Positions 26,338 to 36,881 are shown, counted from the first letter of the stretch. The stretch is DNA of 64,000 nt from Candidatus Campbellbacteria bacterium (GCA_024653945.1 JANLIT010000004.1:77281-141280); one strand, 5' to 3'. A program made the numbers and translations. The notes: generated from the sequence alone by a model not told the origin.

Positions 26338-27321
26338 TTATTTTTTTCTTAAGACCTTCACAAGGGTATCGCCCAACACTTTCAAAGAGGCGTCATCGTA
26401 GACGGAAACCGTTACGATATTCTTTGCAAGAATTTTTGTTGCTTTAGCAAAATCTTTTATGCGTGTTGCGAGTGCTTTTTCATCAAGAAGGTCTCGTTTT
26501 GTAAACAGAATTACTTCGGGTTTTTCTGCCAAATCTTTGGAGTATTTTGAAAGTTCTGCGCGAATGGTTTTGTATGCAACCGTGGGGTCCTCGTGTTCAC
26601 ACGAAATACAGTGGATGAGTGTCTTTGTTCGTTTAATGTGACGAAGAAAGGTGTGACCGAGCCCTTTTCCTTCTGCGGCGCCCTCAATCAACCCCGGAAT
26701 GTCGGCGAGCACAAATCCGTACAATGCGCCGAGATTTGGATTGAGTGTGGTAAACGCATACGAACCCACTTTAGCGTGCGCACCCGTCAGTGCATTCAAC
26801 ACGCTCGATTTTCCAGCGTTTGGAAGGCCAATGAGACCTGCATCAACAACAAGTTGCAGTTCAATATCAAAATCAGCCTCTTCACCAGGTTTTCCTTTTG
26901 TTGATTGTTTTGGTGTAACGTTTCGAGAACCTTTGAAGTGTTCATTGCCATACCCACCGTTACCACCTTGGAGAATAATTTCCCTCTGTCCCTCAATCAA
27001 AAGTTCAAAACGTTGCCCTGTCTGCACGTTGGTAATCACCGTTCCAACAGGAAATTCAAAAAGTAATTCCTTACCATCTCTTCCCTCTTTGCTTTGACTA
27101 CCTCCAGCCGCACCATCTTCTGCTTCATAACTTTTTTGGTCATTGTAGCGAAGGAGTACAGTAATGTCTCGAATCGCAGTAACGACAACATCACCTCCAC
27201 GGCCACCATTACCTCCAGCGGCACCAGACAAATCTTTCCCTTTGAGATGCAACCAACGCACCACACCGTCGCCTCCGCGACCCGCAGTCAAATGTAAGTG
27301 TAGTTCATCAATGAAGGGCAT
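26338..27321 (-). CDS. obg: GTPase Obg
   Basis: Obg fold with Gly-rich N-domain (MPFIDELHLHLTAGRGGDGVVRWL...GGNGGRGGDV) and G-domain (GLIGLPNAGKSSVLNALT). Confidence 0.85.
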   Translation of the reverse strand: MPFIDELHLHLTAGRGGDGVVRWLHLKGKDLSGAAGGNGGRGGDVVVTAIRDITVLLRYNDQKSYEAEDGAAGGSQSKEGRDGKELLFEFPVGTVITNVQTGQRFELLIEGQREIILQGGNGGYGNEHFKGSRNVTPKQSTKGKPGEEADFDIELQLVVDAGLIGLPNAGKSSVLNALTGAHAKVGSYAFTTLNPNLGALYGFVLADIPGLIEGAAEGKGLGHTFLRHIKRTKTLIHCISCEHEDPTVAYKTIRAELSKYSKDLAEKPEVILFTKRDLLDEKALATRIKDFAKATKILAKNIVTVSVYDDASLKVLGDTLVKVLRKK

Positions 27322-27371
27322 AAATAGTGGTGGGTTTGGAGTTGGGGGTTAGAAGTTGGTGATTAGAAAAT

Positions 27372-28274
27372 TTAGTTTGTAAGAGCTAATTCAGCTAGTG
27401 CAATAGCCCCTTCCTTTGTTTTTGTAACTGCCATAAATCCAGCACGGTGGCAGAAGAAAGCGTCTGTAACACCAGTTATTGACGCAAGTTCATCACCTTT
27501 CTTTCCCTGCCACGCAACAGGCAGTGATTTTCGTACTGCGAATGAGAAAGGCTCAATAGAAACTCCCACAACTTGCCAAGTCCCGTCCTCGTGAGTCCGA
27601 ACAAAATAAATAGGCTCTTGATATTCACCAAGCACATTAGCAATGAGGGTGCGTGAAATAATTTCTCCCTCTGGAAAGACAATGATGGTTTTATTTTTAG
27701 ATGCTTCATACTGTGTGTGTATAAATTGTTTTGTTTCAGCATCACTTTTTACATGAACAATAACTCGTTCAAGAATCCGTCCAGCAATCGCAACTGCTTC
27801 CATAAAAGCCTCGTCACGTGTTAATGCTTCACCGCGGGCCGGTTCAAGAAAAGCGATTACTGACTGAATGAGAAACGGTGACTTTTTATATTGATCATTC
27901 TTAAAAAACAACTCAACACCGTTGTCATATGCGTCTATGGGTTCAATAATATATTCGTCGACAGCATCTGCATCTGTTTGAGAACCAATAATTTCCTTTC
28001 CAAACTTTTTCCAAATGAGACCAAATGAGGCATATGGAATACCATTGTTACGCTTTCCTGCCCCGCCCTCTTGGTGGTGATCAAACCTATTTTTTGACTC
28101 GTCATATACAAAACCAGCGTCAAGAACATAGTCACCGCTCCTAATAATTTCAGGGTCTCGACTCCGTAGCACTTCAATTTCCTGTCCGGCAAGTAACAAC
28201 CGCAATGCGGCAACTCCAAATACATCATCGGCATGAAATCCTCCACTGTGTGTAACAATCCGAATCTTAGTCAT
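27372..28274 (-). CDS. MYG1/UPF0160-family metal-dependent hydrolase
   Basis: MTKIRIVTHSGGFHADDVFGVAAL matches the GTHxGxFHADE signature of the MYG1 family. Confidence 0.65.
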   Translation of the reverse strand: MTKIRIVTHSGGFHADDVFGVAALRLLLAGQEIEVLRSRDPEIIRSGDYVLDAGFVYDESKNRFDHHQEGGAGKRNNGIPYASFGLIWKKFGKEIIGSQTDADAVDEYIIEPIDAYDNGVELFFKNDQYKKSPFLIQSVIAFLEPARGEALTRDEAFMEAVAIAGRILERVIVHVKSDAETKQFIHTQYEASKNKTIIVFPEGEIISRTLIANVLGEYQEPIYFVRTHEDGTWQVVGVSIEPFSFAVRKSLPVAWQGKKGDELASITGVTDAFFCHRAGFMAVTKTKEGAIALAELALTN

Positions 28275-28611
28275 TGTCAGGAAGAAATTTGTGCCCTACC
28301 CACACCACAACCGAAACAAGAAGTGCGCCAATAAAGGCGTCTATAAATCTTTCTACGAGAAATCCGTCAACAAAGTATGCTGCCAACCAGAATAGCCCCG
28401 CATTAATAACAAGTGTGAAAAATCCGAGTGTAATGATGTTGATTGGAAGCGTCAATAAAATAATGATTGGCTTCACAATAAGGTTGAGTACTGCAAGCAC
28501 GACAGCAACAATGAGAGCGACATAGAAACTTTCAACAACAATGCCTGGGATAAGATACGAGGCACCGAGAACCGCAAGGGCTGTTAAAATTATTTTGTAC
28601 AGAATATTCAT
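28267..28611 (-). CDS. YvlD/DUF360-family small membrane protein (phage-holin superfamily IV-like)
   Basis: 114 aa with 3-4 TM helices. ALAVLGASYLIPGIVVESFYVALIVAVVLAVLNLIVKPIIILLTLPINIITLGFFTLVINA closely parallels Bacillus YvlD. Confidence 0.6.
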   Translation of the reverse strand: MNILYKIILTALAVLGASYLIPGIVVESFYVALIVAVVLAVLNLIVKPIIILLTLPINIITLGFFTLVINAGLFWLAAYFVDGFLVERFIDAFIGALLVSVVVWVGHKFLPDND

Positions 28612-28646
28612 ATGTTAGTGTGTATTAGGAGTGCTTATAAGTACAA

Positions 28647-29321
28647 CTATTCTACCACCACTTCTTCAATGACAATATCGTGCTGTTTTTTCTTTTTCTT
28701 TTTGTGGTAATACAGAAAAACAACCAGGGCCAGAGCACAAGCAATAAGAATAGTGTTTTGTGCGCCCTCTACTACTGTTGAATACCCGAGATAGAAATTA
28801 CCAAATTGCCACCCAATAAATCCTGACCACATTGAACGAACAATGGTGCCAAAAAAGGTGTGGAGAAAAAATGGTAGTGGACGCCAACGAACAAGACCAC
28901 AAAACACATTGATTGCCACACTTGGTGTAAGTGGAAATGATCGTGCGGCAAAGAGAAGCACATCATCCCACGTGTGACCCTCCATATACAGACGCATCTT
29001 CTCAACTTCATCCCACGACACGCCCATGTACTTTCCATATTTCACCACAATGGGTTTTCCTCCCCAATACACAATGCCGTAAATAATAAGAGAGCCGAAA
29101 GAAAGACCGACAGCAATAGGTAACCCGACATACAAAAAGAGTTTCAAAAATGCAGCCGTTGAGAGTGCTGTTCCTTCAAGAAAAAAGAAACCCGCTGACA
29201 CCGTAACCAGTGTTGAAGGAATTGGTGGAATAATTTCTTGCAAAAAACCGAGGGCCAAAACGCCCCACGGACCAATGGAAACAAAAAGTGCTTGAGCAAA
29301 TGAAAGAAGGTTATCTAACAT
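28647..29321 (-). CDS. DedA/VTT-domain (SNARE-associated) family membrane protein
   Basis: Multi-pass membrane protein with a DedA core (FLQEIIPPIPSTLVTVSAGFFF...YGKYMGVSWDEVEK). Confidence 0.6.
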   Translation of the reverse strand: MLDNLLSFAQALFVSIGPWGVLALGFLQEIIPPIPSTLVTVSAGFFFLEGTALSTAAFLKLFLYVGLPIAVGLSFGSLIIYGIVYWGGKPIVVKYGKYMGVSWDEVEKMRLYMEGHTWDDVLLFAARSFPLTPSVAINVFCGLVRWRPLPFFLHTFFGTIVRSMWSGFIGWQFGNFYLGYSTVVEGAQNTILIACALALVVFLYYHKKKKKKQHDIVIEEVVVE

Positions 29322-29569
29322 AAGGTTGATTTTTAATGAACGGAGTGAGTATAAGGTAAACCTTTCTCCAACATCGCTCGGATGTCATGCAAACAAGATC
29401 GTTTGCGCGACACTCCTCGCTTATTGGAGTAAAAATCACCACCCCGCCCTTTTATGCCAAAAAAGATGGGTTGTTCAGGAGTGTATGATTTTGTTGCTAT
29501 GGGTATCATGCTGTATGGCGTTATTCAAGAGAAAGGGCTGGGTTGTGAAAAATATAGTCGCCACGCTCC

Positions 29570-32101
29570 TTATTTTTCAACAACCTTCCATTCTCCACTT
29601 TCAATAAGTCCTTCTGCTTTTTTATATTTCATTTCCTGTGTTGTGGTTCCATTGGTGATGGTAACAACATCGTTACGTCCAAAATGTTCAATACTTTTTG
29701 CCTGAGCTGGTGCTGATGAAGAATCATTTCCAATCATTTGAAGACGCGCCCGTTCACGACGCAACTGTTCTTCTTCTTTCGTAAATGCCCCCGCACCAAT
29801 TTGAGGCACCATACTTATAACGTGCCCAACAATTGATGCCTCCATCCTTCTAAATGCCATCAAACCCTCTTTTTGATATTCAACAAGTGGGTCACGCTGA
29901 CCATACGCACGAAGATTGACACTACTACGCGTAAAGTCCATGAGTTCAAGGTGATCAATCCAAAAGACATCAATTGCCTGCAACATAAGCCGGCGGGCCA
30001 CTTCTAAAAAAGGACCTTCACCAAGTTCTTTCTTTTTTTGCTCGAGAATGCGTGTCACATCCTCATCACCATCTATCATCTCAAATAGAATACGCTCTAT
30101 ATCTGCGTGTTCGCCAAGTATAAGTGCCTTTCGACGGTCATAAATAGTCTTTCGTTGTGTGTTCATCACGTCATCAAACTCAAGCACGTGTTTTCGTACA
30201 TCAAAGTTAAGGCCTTCAATTTTTTTCTGAGCAGCTTCAAGTGATCGGTTAATGAGTTTATTTTCAATAGGTACATCCTCAGGAATACCGAAACGACCCA
30301 TCATACGTTTTACCACATCAGACGCAAACACGCGCATCAATGAATCTTCAAGTGATACAAAAAAATGTGTTTCACCGGGATCTCCCTGACGGCCCGAACG
30401 ACCACGCAACTGATCATCAATACGACGCGCTTCGTGTCGTTCGGTTCCAAGTACAAACAAACCACCGAGTTGTTTCACCTCCTCGTGTTCTTCGAGTGTT
30501 GCAAGTGCGCCACCGAGTTTAATATCAACTCCTCGTCCTGCCATGTTTGTTGCAACTGTTACTGAACCCTTTCGTCCTGCTTGTGCAATCACCTCTCCTT
30601 CTTGCTCGTGCATTTTTGCATTAAGAATGGTGTGTGGGATGCCTTCGTTGTGAAGATGCATGGCAAGCAATTCGTTTTTTTCAATAGACACCGTACCAAT
30701 CAACACCGGCTGACCTTTGTCATGTGCTTCTTTCACCCGTTTTGCTATCGCCTCAAATTTCCCTTTCTCTGTTTGGTAAATGAAGTCATTGTGGTCAGTG
30801 CGCGCACTTGGACGATTTGTTGGAATAGGAATCACATCAAGTCCATACACTTTGAAAAATTCTTCGGAACTTGAGAACGCCGTTCCCGTCATGCCCGAAA
30901 GCTTTTTATACATGCGGAAGTAGTTTTGATAGGTAATGGAAGCAAGCGTTCGGGACTCTTCTTGAATACGTGCACCCTCTTTCGCTTCAATAGCTTGGTG
31001 CAACCCCTCTGACCATCGTCGTCCTGGTTGAAGTCTTCCCGTAAATTCATCAACAATGATAACTTCCCCGTCGCGCACGACGTACTCTTTGTCTTTTTTG
31101 TAGAGTGCCTTCGCCTTTACCGCCGATTCAAGGTGGTGCACATACCGAACACCTGCGTCAGTATAGATATTCTCTAGTCCGAGTATCTTCTCGGCTTTAC
31201 TAATGCCCGATTCGGTAAGTAATATCGCGTGTTTTTTCTCATCTACCTCATAGTCCTCTTCTTCTGTAAGATGGTTAGCTATTTCAGCAAACGTTGTGTA
31301 CAGTTTTTCGGACTCATTTGTGGCAATAGAAATGATGAGCGGTGTGCGAGCTTCATCTATCAAAATTGAGTCAATTTCATCAACAATGGCGAAAGAGTGT
31401 CCTCCATTTTTTGGCATACGTTGAGATAAGTCCTCTTTTCTGTACACGGTGTTGTCACGTAAATAGTCAAAACCAAACTCGCTGTTTGTACCATACGTGA
31501 TGTCAGCGGCGTATGCGTCTCGTTTTTCACATGGGCGTAAAAATTCGTACACAATTTTAAACGAACCAACCTCATCACGCCTTTCATCCACCTCTAGATG
31601 AGCCGGATCATACAAAAATGATTGACGCTGACTGTTTACGACACCGATTGAAAGACCGAGAAAAGAAAAGACTTGCCCCATCCACACCGCGTCACGTCGA
31701 GCAAGATAATCATTGACCGTCACGATGTGTACACCACTTTCTGTTAGTGCGTTGAGATATGCGGGAAGCGTTTCAACAAGGGTTTTTCCTTCTCCTGTTC
31801 GCATTTCAGCAATTGCACCACGGTGCAACATAATTCCACCAATGAGTTGCACATCATAGTGTCGTTGTTTAAGTGTTCGTTGTGCCGCTTCACGTACAAC
31901 AGCAAAAGCTTCAGGAAGAATGTCCTCGAGTGTTTCTCCGCTTACGAGACGACTCCTGAATTCATCAGTTTTTGCGCGAAGTTCTACGTTAGAAAGCGCC
32001 TGTGTGGCGGTCTCAAAACTGTTTATCTGCACGACAATCGGCTGAAGGGCCGAAAGGGTCCGTGACGCATCACTTCCGAACAATTTGCTGAAAAACTCCA
32101 T
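29570..32101 (-). CDS. secA: Preprotein translocase subunit SecA (start MEFFSKLFGS)
   Basis: SecA motifs (RTGEGKTLV Walker A, DEIDSILIDEARTPLIIS). No C-terminal zinc finger. The ORF-track start at 32161 includes 20 leader codons overlapping the promoter. Confidence 0.9.
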   Translation of the reverse strand: MEFFSKLFGSDASRTLSALQPIVVQINSFETATQALSNVELRAKTDEFRSRLVSGETLEDILPEAFAVVREAAQRTLKQRHYDVQLIGGIMLHRGAIAEMRTGEGKTLVETLPAYLNALTESGVHIVTVNDYLARRDAVWMGQVFSFLGLSIGVVNSQRQSFLYDPAHLEVDERRDEVGSFKIVYEFLRPCEKRDAYAADITYGTNSEFGFDYLRDNTVYRKEDLSQRMPKNGGHSFAIVDEIDSILIDEARTPLIISIATNESEKLYTTFAEIANHLTEEEDYEVDEKKHAILLTESGISKAEKILGLENIYTDAGVRYVHHLESAVKAKALYKKDKEYVVRDGEVIIVDEFTGRLQPGRRWSEGLHQAIEAKEGARIQEESRTLASITYQNYFRMYKKLSGMTGTAFSSSEEFFKVYGLDVIPIPTNRPSARTDHNDFIYQTEKGKFEAIAKRVKEAHDKGQPVLIGTVSIEKNELLAMHLHNEGIPHTILNAKMHEQEGEVIAQAGRKGSVTVATNMAGRGVDIKLGGALATLEEHEEVKQLGGLFVLGTERHEARRIDDQLRGRSGRQGDPGETHFFVSLEDSLMRVFASDVVKRMMGRFGIPEDVPIENKLINRSLEAAQKKIEGLNFDVRKHVLEFDDVMNTQRKTIYDRRKALILGEHADIERILFEMIDGDEDVTRILEQKKKELGEGPFLEVARRLMLQAIDVFWIDHLELMDFTRSSVNLRAYGQRDPLVEYQKEGLMAFRRMEASIVGHVISMVPQIGAGAFTKEEEQLRRERARLQMIGNDSSSAPAQAKSIEHFGRNDVVTITNGTTTQEMKYKKAEGLIESGEWKVVEK

Positions 32102-32122
32102 AAAATATAGACCGTGGACTGA

Positions 32123-32154
32123 ATTATAACACAAAACCCCACCAGAGGCGGCAA
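32123..32154 (-). promoter_or_regulatory. Predicted sigma70-like promoter of secA (TTGCCG -35, extended -10 TGtTATAAT)
   Basis: Minus-strand reading TTGCCGcctctggtggggttttgTGtTATAATtcagtccacggtctatatttt ATG. A palindrome ggtcactaaaagtgacc lies just upstream. Confidence 0.35.
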
Positions 32155-32187
32155 CGGTCACTTTTAGTGACCGAAAATTAAATCGCT

Positions 32188-32355
32188 GTATACAAAAAAT
32201 CGCCCGAAGGTGCGCGTGGTTGCTTTTAAAGCAACCACAAATAAAATGCTTGTATACAAAAAATCGTCTGAAGGTGCGGGTGATTGCTTAAGGCAATCAC
32301 AAATAAGGTGCTTGTATACAAAAAATCGCCCGAAGGCGATTTTTTGTATGTGGGA
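32188..32355. repeat. Two and a half tandem copies of a 62-63-bp unit, each with an internal 10-bp-stem hairpin, upstream of secA; adjacent 27-bp tandem duplication at 32380..32440
   Basis: Units begin tgtatacaaaaaatcg(c/t)c(c/t)gaaggtgcg(c/g)gtg(g/a)ttgctt..aagcaa(c/t)cacaaataa(a/g)(a/g)tgct. The third copy is truncated into the hairpin acaaaaaatcgcc-cgaa-ggcgattttttgt. Confidence 0.8.
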
Positions 32356-32689
32356 CAAAGCGTGAGCTTACGCTCGACGCTTTGCAGCTTTTCGCTTTGG
32401 AGCGCGCTTTGCAGCCTTTCGCTTTGCAACTTTCTTTTTTGCCATAATGTTGAATCGTGGTACCACGATTGATAAGGGTTTGGTAAACGTCGACCAACAC
32501 GAACGTACACATTAGCGTGTACATCTGTTTACTACTAAAAGTATCGTTCATATTGACACACAACACAATGTTTTTTGTGCATAAGTGTGGATAACCCATC
32601 TGCACTTCGTGCAGAAAGTTCAAAGTACAAATTTCAAAACCAAAAAACATATTCCCGTCTTTATGTTTTTCTTCTTCGTGTATCACTTT

Positions 32690-33802
32690 TTATTTCATCA
32701 TCACAACCTCTTTTTCAATTTGAATTCCTGTTTTTTCAAAAACAATTTCTCCTATGTGCTCCGCAAATGTGTACACTTCATCAGCGGTTGCGCCATGTTC
32801 TGTCACCAATACTAACGGCTGTTGTTCAAAAAGAAATACTCGGCCCTCTTTAAAACCCTTAAAATTACAGACTTCATCAAGCACCCAGGCAAGGGGGATC
32901 TTTACGCGCACAGAATCAACAGGAAAACTTGGCATTTCAGGATACTTTTGCAACAAGGACTCATACACACCTTTTGCAATGATTGGATTTTTAAAAAATG
33001 AGCCCGCGGTGCCAAATATGCTCATGTCGGGAAATTTTTGCGCTCGTATCTGAAGAACCGCTTCACGAATATTCGATGGATTTTGAGGCAGTGTACCCTT
33101 TTTGGAAAAAAAGAGGGACACATCTTTATACTCCATTGAGGGGGTAAAGTTTTTTGAAAGTGTATATGCAACTCGGGTTACTGTGTATGACTTTCCTTTT
33201 TCTGATTTAAAAATACTGTCACGATATCCAAAACGACATTCATTGCAAGAAAGTTTTTTGCTCACGAGTGTGCGTGTGTCAAACACTTCAACGTATGCAA
33301 TATGAGCACCAACCTCAACACCATAGGCTCCTATATTTTGCACAGGTGATGCTCCAACACTTCCAGGAATACCCGAGAGGTTTTCTAGACCCGAAAGACC
33401 CCGTGCCACCGTGTCCGCAACAAAGGTGTCCCAACTTTCTCCTCCAGCACATACAGCAAGCACTGTTTGTGTATCTATATTTTCATACAAAATACCCTTC
33501 ATTTGCATATACACAACAACCCCTTCATACATTCCATCAGGAATAAGAACATTGGAACCACCACCTAAGACAAAAATGGGTAGATTTTTTTCACGTGCAA
33601 AAAGAGTTGCATCTCGAAGTTCTTCTACGGACGCCACGGAAGCAAAATAGCGTGCATTTCCACCAATGCGCAGTGTGGTATACGGCGCAAGGGGCTCATT
33701 TTCTCTACACACGAACTCGTGTGCGTTTCTGGTCATACATGACCGGCGGGTGCGAAGCTCCATGTGTTGTTCTATGTGAGTGCAGCCGCCGGTCATGTAC
33801 AA
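32690..33802 (-). CDS. murB: UDP-N-acetylenolpyruvoylglucosamine reductase
   Basis: FAD-binding domain (LAPYTTLRIGGNARYFA...IFVLGGGSNVL) and C-terminal MurB domain. The true start is probably MTRNAHEF at 33736 or MELRT at 33763. Confidence 0.8.
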   Translation of the reverse strand: MYMTGGCTHIEQHMELRTRRSCMTRNAHEFVCRENEPLAPYTTLRIGGNARYFASVASVEELRDATLFAREKNLPIFVLGGGSNVLIPDGMYEGVVVYMQMKGILYENIDTQTVLAVCAGGESWDTFVADTVARGLSGLENLSGIPGSVGASPVQNIGAYGVEVGAHIAYVEVFDTRTLVSKKLSCNECRFGYRDSIFKSEKGKSYTVTRVAYTLSKNFTPSMEYKDVSLFFSKKGTLPQNPSNIREAVLQIRAQKFPDMSIFGTAGSFFKNPIIAKGVYESLLQKYPEMPSFPVDSVRVKIPLAWVLDEVCNFKGFKEGRVFLFEQQPLVLVTEHGATADEVYTFAEHIGEIVFEKTGIQIEKEVVMMK

Positions 33803-33896
33803 ACAGAACCGCCTTCCATTCTACATGAATGGAAGGCGGTGCAAAAGCTTTTTTTCGTCAACCCGTCTAAGCGAGGTTTAACCTCGCCAAAGAAAG

Positions 33897-34382
33897 CTAC
33901 TCAAGCACTTGTGGTTCTTCTGCTACGACCTCTTCTGTAACTGGCTCTACTTGTGCCACTGGTGCTGGCTGATTTGTGGTCGCCTTTTTCAAAGATTCTT
34001 TGTATTGGTTTATTGACGCAATAACCTGGGATGATTCGCGCAGTGGTTGGATTATGAGAATGTGTTCTCGGTTAATGAACATGGTATCTTCTGGTGCGTG
34101 AAGTTCATTTCCACTTTTTTGCAAAATAAACTCTGGACGCTCTGCTGTGCCACCTTGTTGTAGATAGAACGCGTCCACAAGAATTACATCCCTGTAATTC
34201 ATGGACTCAATTTTTCCAAAAAAGACTTGGTTGGTTGTCAAAAAGACAGCAACATATGTTGATTCACCTATGAGGGCACTATCTGAACCAAGAAGCGTGT
34301 CATACGAGTACCACGTGGCACCACCAACAAGCCCACCAAAAAGAATCATGACAATGACAGAAGATATCGTTAGTTTTTTCAT
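33897..34382 (-). CDS. Hypothetical N-terminally anchored protein with acidic C-terminal tail
   Basis: 161 aa with a single N-terminal TM segment. No motif recognised. Confidence 0.4.
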   Translation of the reverse strand: MKKLTISSVIVMILFGGLVGGATWYSYDTLLGSDSALIGESTYVAVFLTTNQVFFGKIESMNYRDVILVDAFYLQQGGTAERPEFILQKSGNELHAPEDTMFINREHILIIQPLRESSQVIASINQYKESLKKATTNQPAPVAQVEPVTEEVVAEEPQVLE

Positions 34383-34507
34383 ACTATATACTATTAAAAA
34401 TTAAAATTACACTACGACGCCATTAAAATATGTATCCACTAAGGACTATAGTATACAGTGTTACACTCATAAAAAAATGTCCGTGTGGATATGTACTAAA
34501 CGAAAAC

Positions 34508-34535
34508 TCCACCCAAGGGGCGGAGCTTTCGCAGA
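34508..34535 (-). terminator. Rho-independent terminator downstream of the O-antigen-ligase/TPR gene
   Basis: The minus-strand reading is CUCCGCCCCUUGGGUGGAG followed by UUUUCGUUUAGU. Confidence 0.5.
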
Positions 34536-34612
34536 ACATCTGTGGAGTAGCTTAACACGCTACCGCACTCACACTAGTATCATAGCATAGTGATACAAAA
34601 AAAGCAAGTGGA

Positions 34613-36835
34613 TTATTGTGCAACATTTTGAGGCTGTGCATCTTTTCCACCCTGTATTGCCTCTCGCAGTATCGGCACACCTTTTGCAAACTCTGTGTTT
34701 ATACTGGCGGCATCATCAACAAGTTGTAAGGCCTTTTGTGTGTTGCCCGCATCGGTGAGCTCATTAATTTTTGAAAGGTAGTTATCAATATTTCCACTTG
34801 TAAGGAGCTCGCCACGAAGTAGCTGGAAGACGATGCCCTCCACCACACTGTCAAAATCGGTCATTTCTCCACGCCGATATTCTTCAGAAATAAGATGTGC
34901 GGTTGTTGTTCCAAACGTTTTTTGTGCAAAAGCGTCCACTTCAGATACCATCTTCATATTAAACAGTAGTGCAAGATACCGTGTGGCATATTCCTGACTT
35001 TCGGGGGCAAGTACTACTAGCCTTTCAAATACCTTGCGCGCTTGTTCTGATTCTCCCTGCAACAACAGCACCATGCCGTATTCACTCAAAAACATCTGTC
35101 TGTTTGGGTTAAGTGCTAACAGCTCTTCAAAAAGACGAATTGCCTCATCAAAATTCCCGAGGCGCGCCTCAAAAATTGCCATGAAATATTTAGGTCGTGT
35201 ATTAAGTGGGTCTTCTTGCACAGCCATGCGCGCCTCATCATATGCACGAGAGAGATATGCTTGTTTTATATCATTAGATGCGTTGCTAGACGCGAGGGTG
35301 AATGCAACACGGCTCAATTGCAAACGTGATTCATCTTTTCCTATTGAATCTTTGAGTGCTCGCTCAAAAAACGGAAGTGTTGCGACTGGGTCTTGGCCCC
35401 CTCCTATGTACGTAAGGCCTGTAATAAGAGATTGTGACGCAATAATATGAGGAATAGAAGTTGTATATGCCAGTATGAGTATCGCCACCACACCAACATA
35501 GGAAGTGCCTCGACGAATAGATGCATTTTGTATAAGGAAAGTATTACTATTCTTTTCCACAACCACCTGGTGATATGCACTTGAAAATGATTCAATAAAA
35601 CCAATAAAAGAAAAGAAGAAGATGTAGCTGATGAGATTATCAAATACAAAAACATTGTGAACAAAATATCCAGCAAGCAATCCTGTGAAGAGTGCTCTCT
35701 CTGGAACAGAGAGCTGCGTTGTTGGGCGCCAGAGTACTATGAGTGAAATAACAAACAATGAAAGATAGGAGAGAAGGCCGAGAATACCCGCAGAAATAAG
35801 CCAATCAAAAAAGACACTGTGTGCTCGGTCAAACCACGGCTCTTGAATATACATTCGTGGGTCATAGTACTTTCCAAACACCACAATGAAGTTGTCCTGA
35901 CCCCAACCAAGAATGGGTCGTTCAAGAAAACCATTTTTTGCAATACTTCCCCACAACACAAGGCGTGACTGAACCGTCTGCCCAGATAACGACGTGTTCG
36001 CAATACGTGAAAGAAACTGGCTGTTCTGAACAAACGAGCTTTTGCGAATTCCAAAAAACATCCCCGCTCCAAGAACCATAAGAATAATAAAACCAATTGA
36101 TATCTTTCTGAGGCGTGCTACGTCTTTTCCCTTCCATGCAATAAGAATTGCGGTAAGGAATAACCCACCAACAAGACCGAGGAGTGTTCCGCGAGTTCCT
36201 GTGTAGTACAGTGTCACGAACTGCAAAACAAGCGCAAGTACATAGAAAATTGAGAGTGGACGCGATGAATACTTTTTATACAAAAACCACAGCGTTACAA
36301 AAATATGGAAAAGCATGTACACAGCCAAATAAATTGAGTTGCCTAATGTTGCGTCCACCCTGTCTCCACCTTGAGACATTGCAAGAACACCCACAAGTTG
36401 CAACATGGCATAGAGACCTACTCCTGCACTGGCAACGATTGATGTATTCCAAAACTTCACCCAAAAATTCTTTTTTGTTAACACAGAAAATGCTACAAAA
36501 AAGTATGCACAAAGGTACAGAAATGTAACGAGACCATCCATGCGCTCAAAATTACTCCACAAACTTCTTTGAAAATTAACACCAAAAATATCAGCGAGTG
36601 TGACGATACTAAAAAATACCAAGATACTTAACACCAACGGAGAGCGGTGTGGAAGATATGATTTGTCAATAAGTACGAGGGCAAACCACAGTGCAAGGAG
36701 AATGCCAACGATAATTCGAAAGATAAACGCCTTTCCTGTAATAAAGGGAAAGAATAGTGACCCCGTTACCACAAATGGAATGAAGGGGACAAGAAATAGG
36801 CCTGCTACTAAAACTTTTTCAAGAATGCGTTGCAT
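34613..36835 (-). CDS. O-antigen ligase/polymerase-family (Wzy_C) membrane protein fused to C-terminal TPR repeats
   Basis: 740 aa. About 12 TM helices with a Wzy_C-like loop region, then TPR-like repeats (AIRLFEELLALNP..., ARKVFERLVVLAP...). Confidence 0.65.
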   Translation of the reverse strand: MQRILEKVLVAGLFLVPFIPFVVTGSLFFPFITGKAFIFRIIVGILLALWFALVLIDKSYLPHRSPLVLSILVFFSIVTLADIFGVNFQRSLWSNFERMDGLVTFLYLCAYFFVAFSVLTKKNFWVKFWNTSIVASAGVGLYAMLQLVGVLAMSQGGDRVDATLGNSIYLAVYMLFHIFVTLWFLYKKYSSRPLSIFYVLALVLQFVTLYYTGTRGTLLGLVGGLFLTAILIAWKGKDVARLRKISIGFIILMVLGAGMFFGIRKSSFVQNSQFLSRIANTSLSGQTVQSRLVLWGSIAKNGFLERPILGWGQDNFIVVFGKYYDPRMYIQEPWFDRAHSVFFDWLISAGILGLLSYLSLFVISLIVLWRPTTQLSVPERALFTGLLAGYFVHNVFVFDNLISYIFFFSFIGFIESFSSAYHQVVVEKNSNTFLIQNASIRRGTSYVGVVAILILAYTTSIPHIIASQSLITGLTYIGGGQDPVATLPFFERALKDSIGKDESRLQLSRVAFTLASSNASNDIKQAYLSRAYDEARMAVQEDPLNTRPKYFMAIFEARLGNFDEAIRLFEELLALNPNRQMFLSEYGMVLLLQGESEQARKVFERLVVLAPESQEYATRYLALLFNMKMVSEVDAFAQKTFGTTTAHLISEEYRRGEMTDFDSVVEGIVFQLLRGELLTSGNIDNYLSKINELTDAGNTQKALQLVDDAASINTEFAKGVPILREAIQGGKDAQPQNVAQ

Positions 36836-36881
36836 GTTGGAGATACTATAGCACCTTGAGAGGAGCTGGGCGAATAGTATT

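Noticed and set aside
32188-32355. Possible CRISPR array
   Set aside because: The repeats are directly contiguous with no unique spacers and there are no cas genes in the window. They are better described as a tandem repeat or minisatellite with hairpins.
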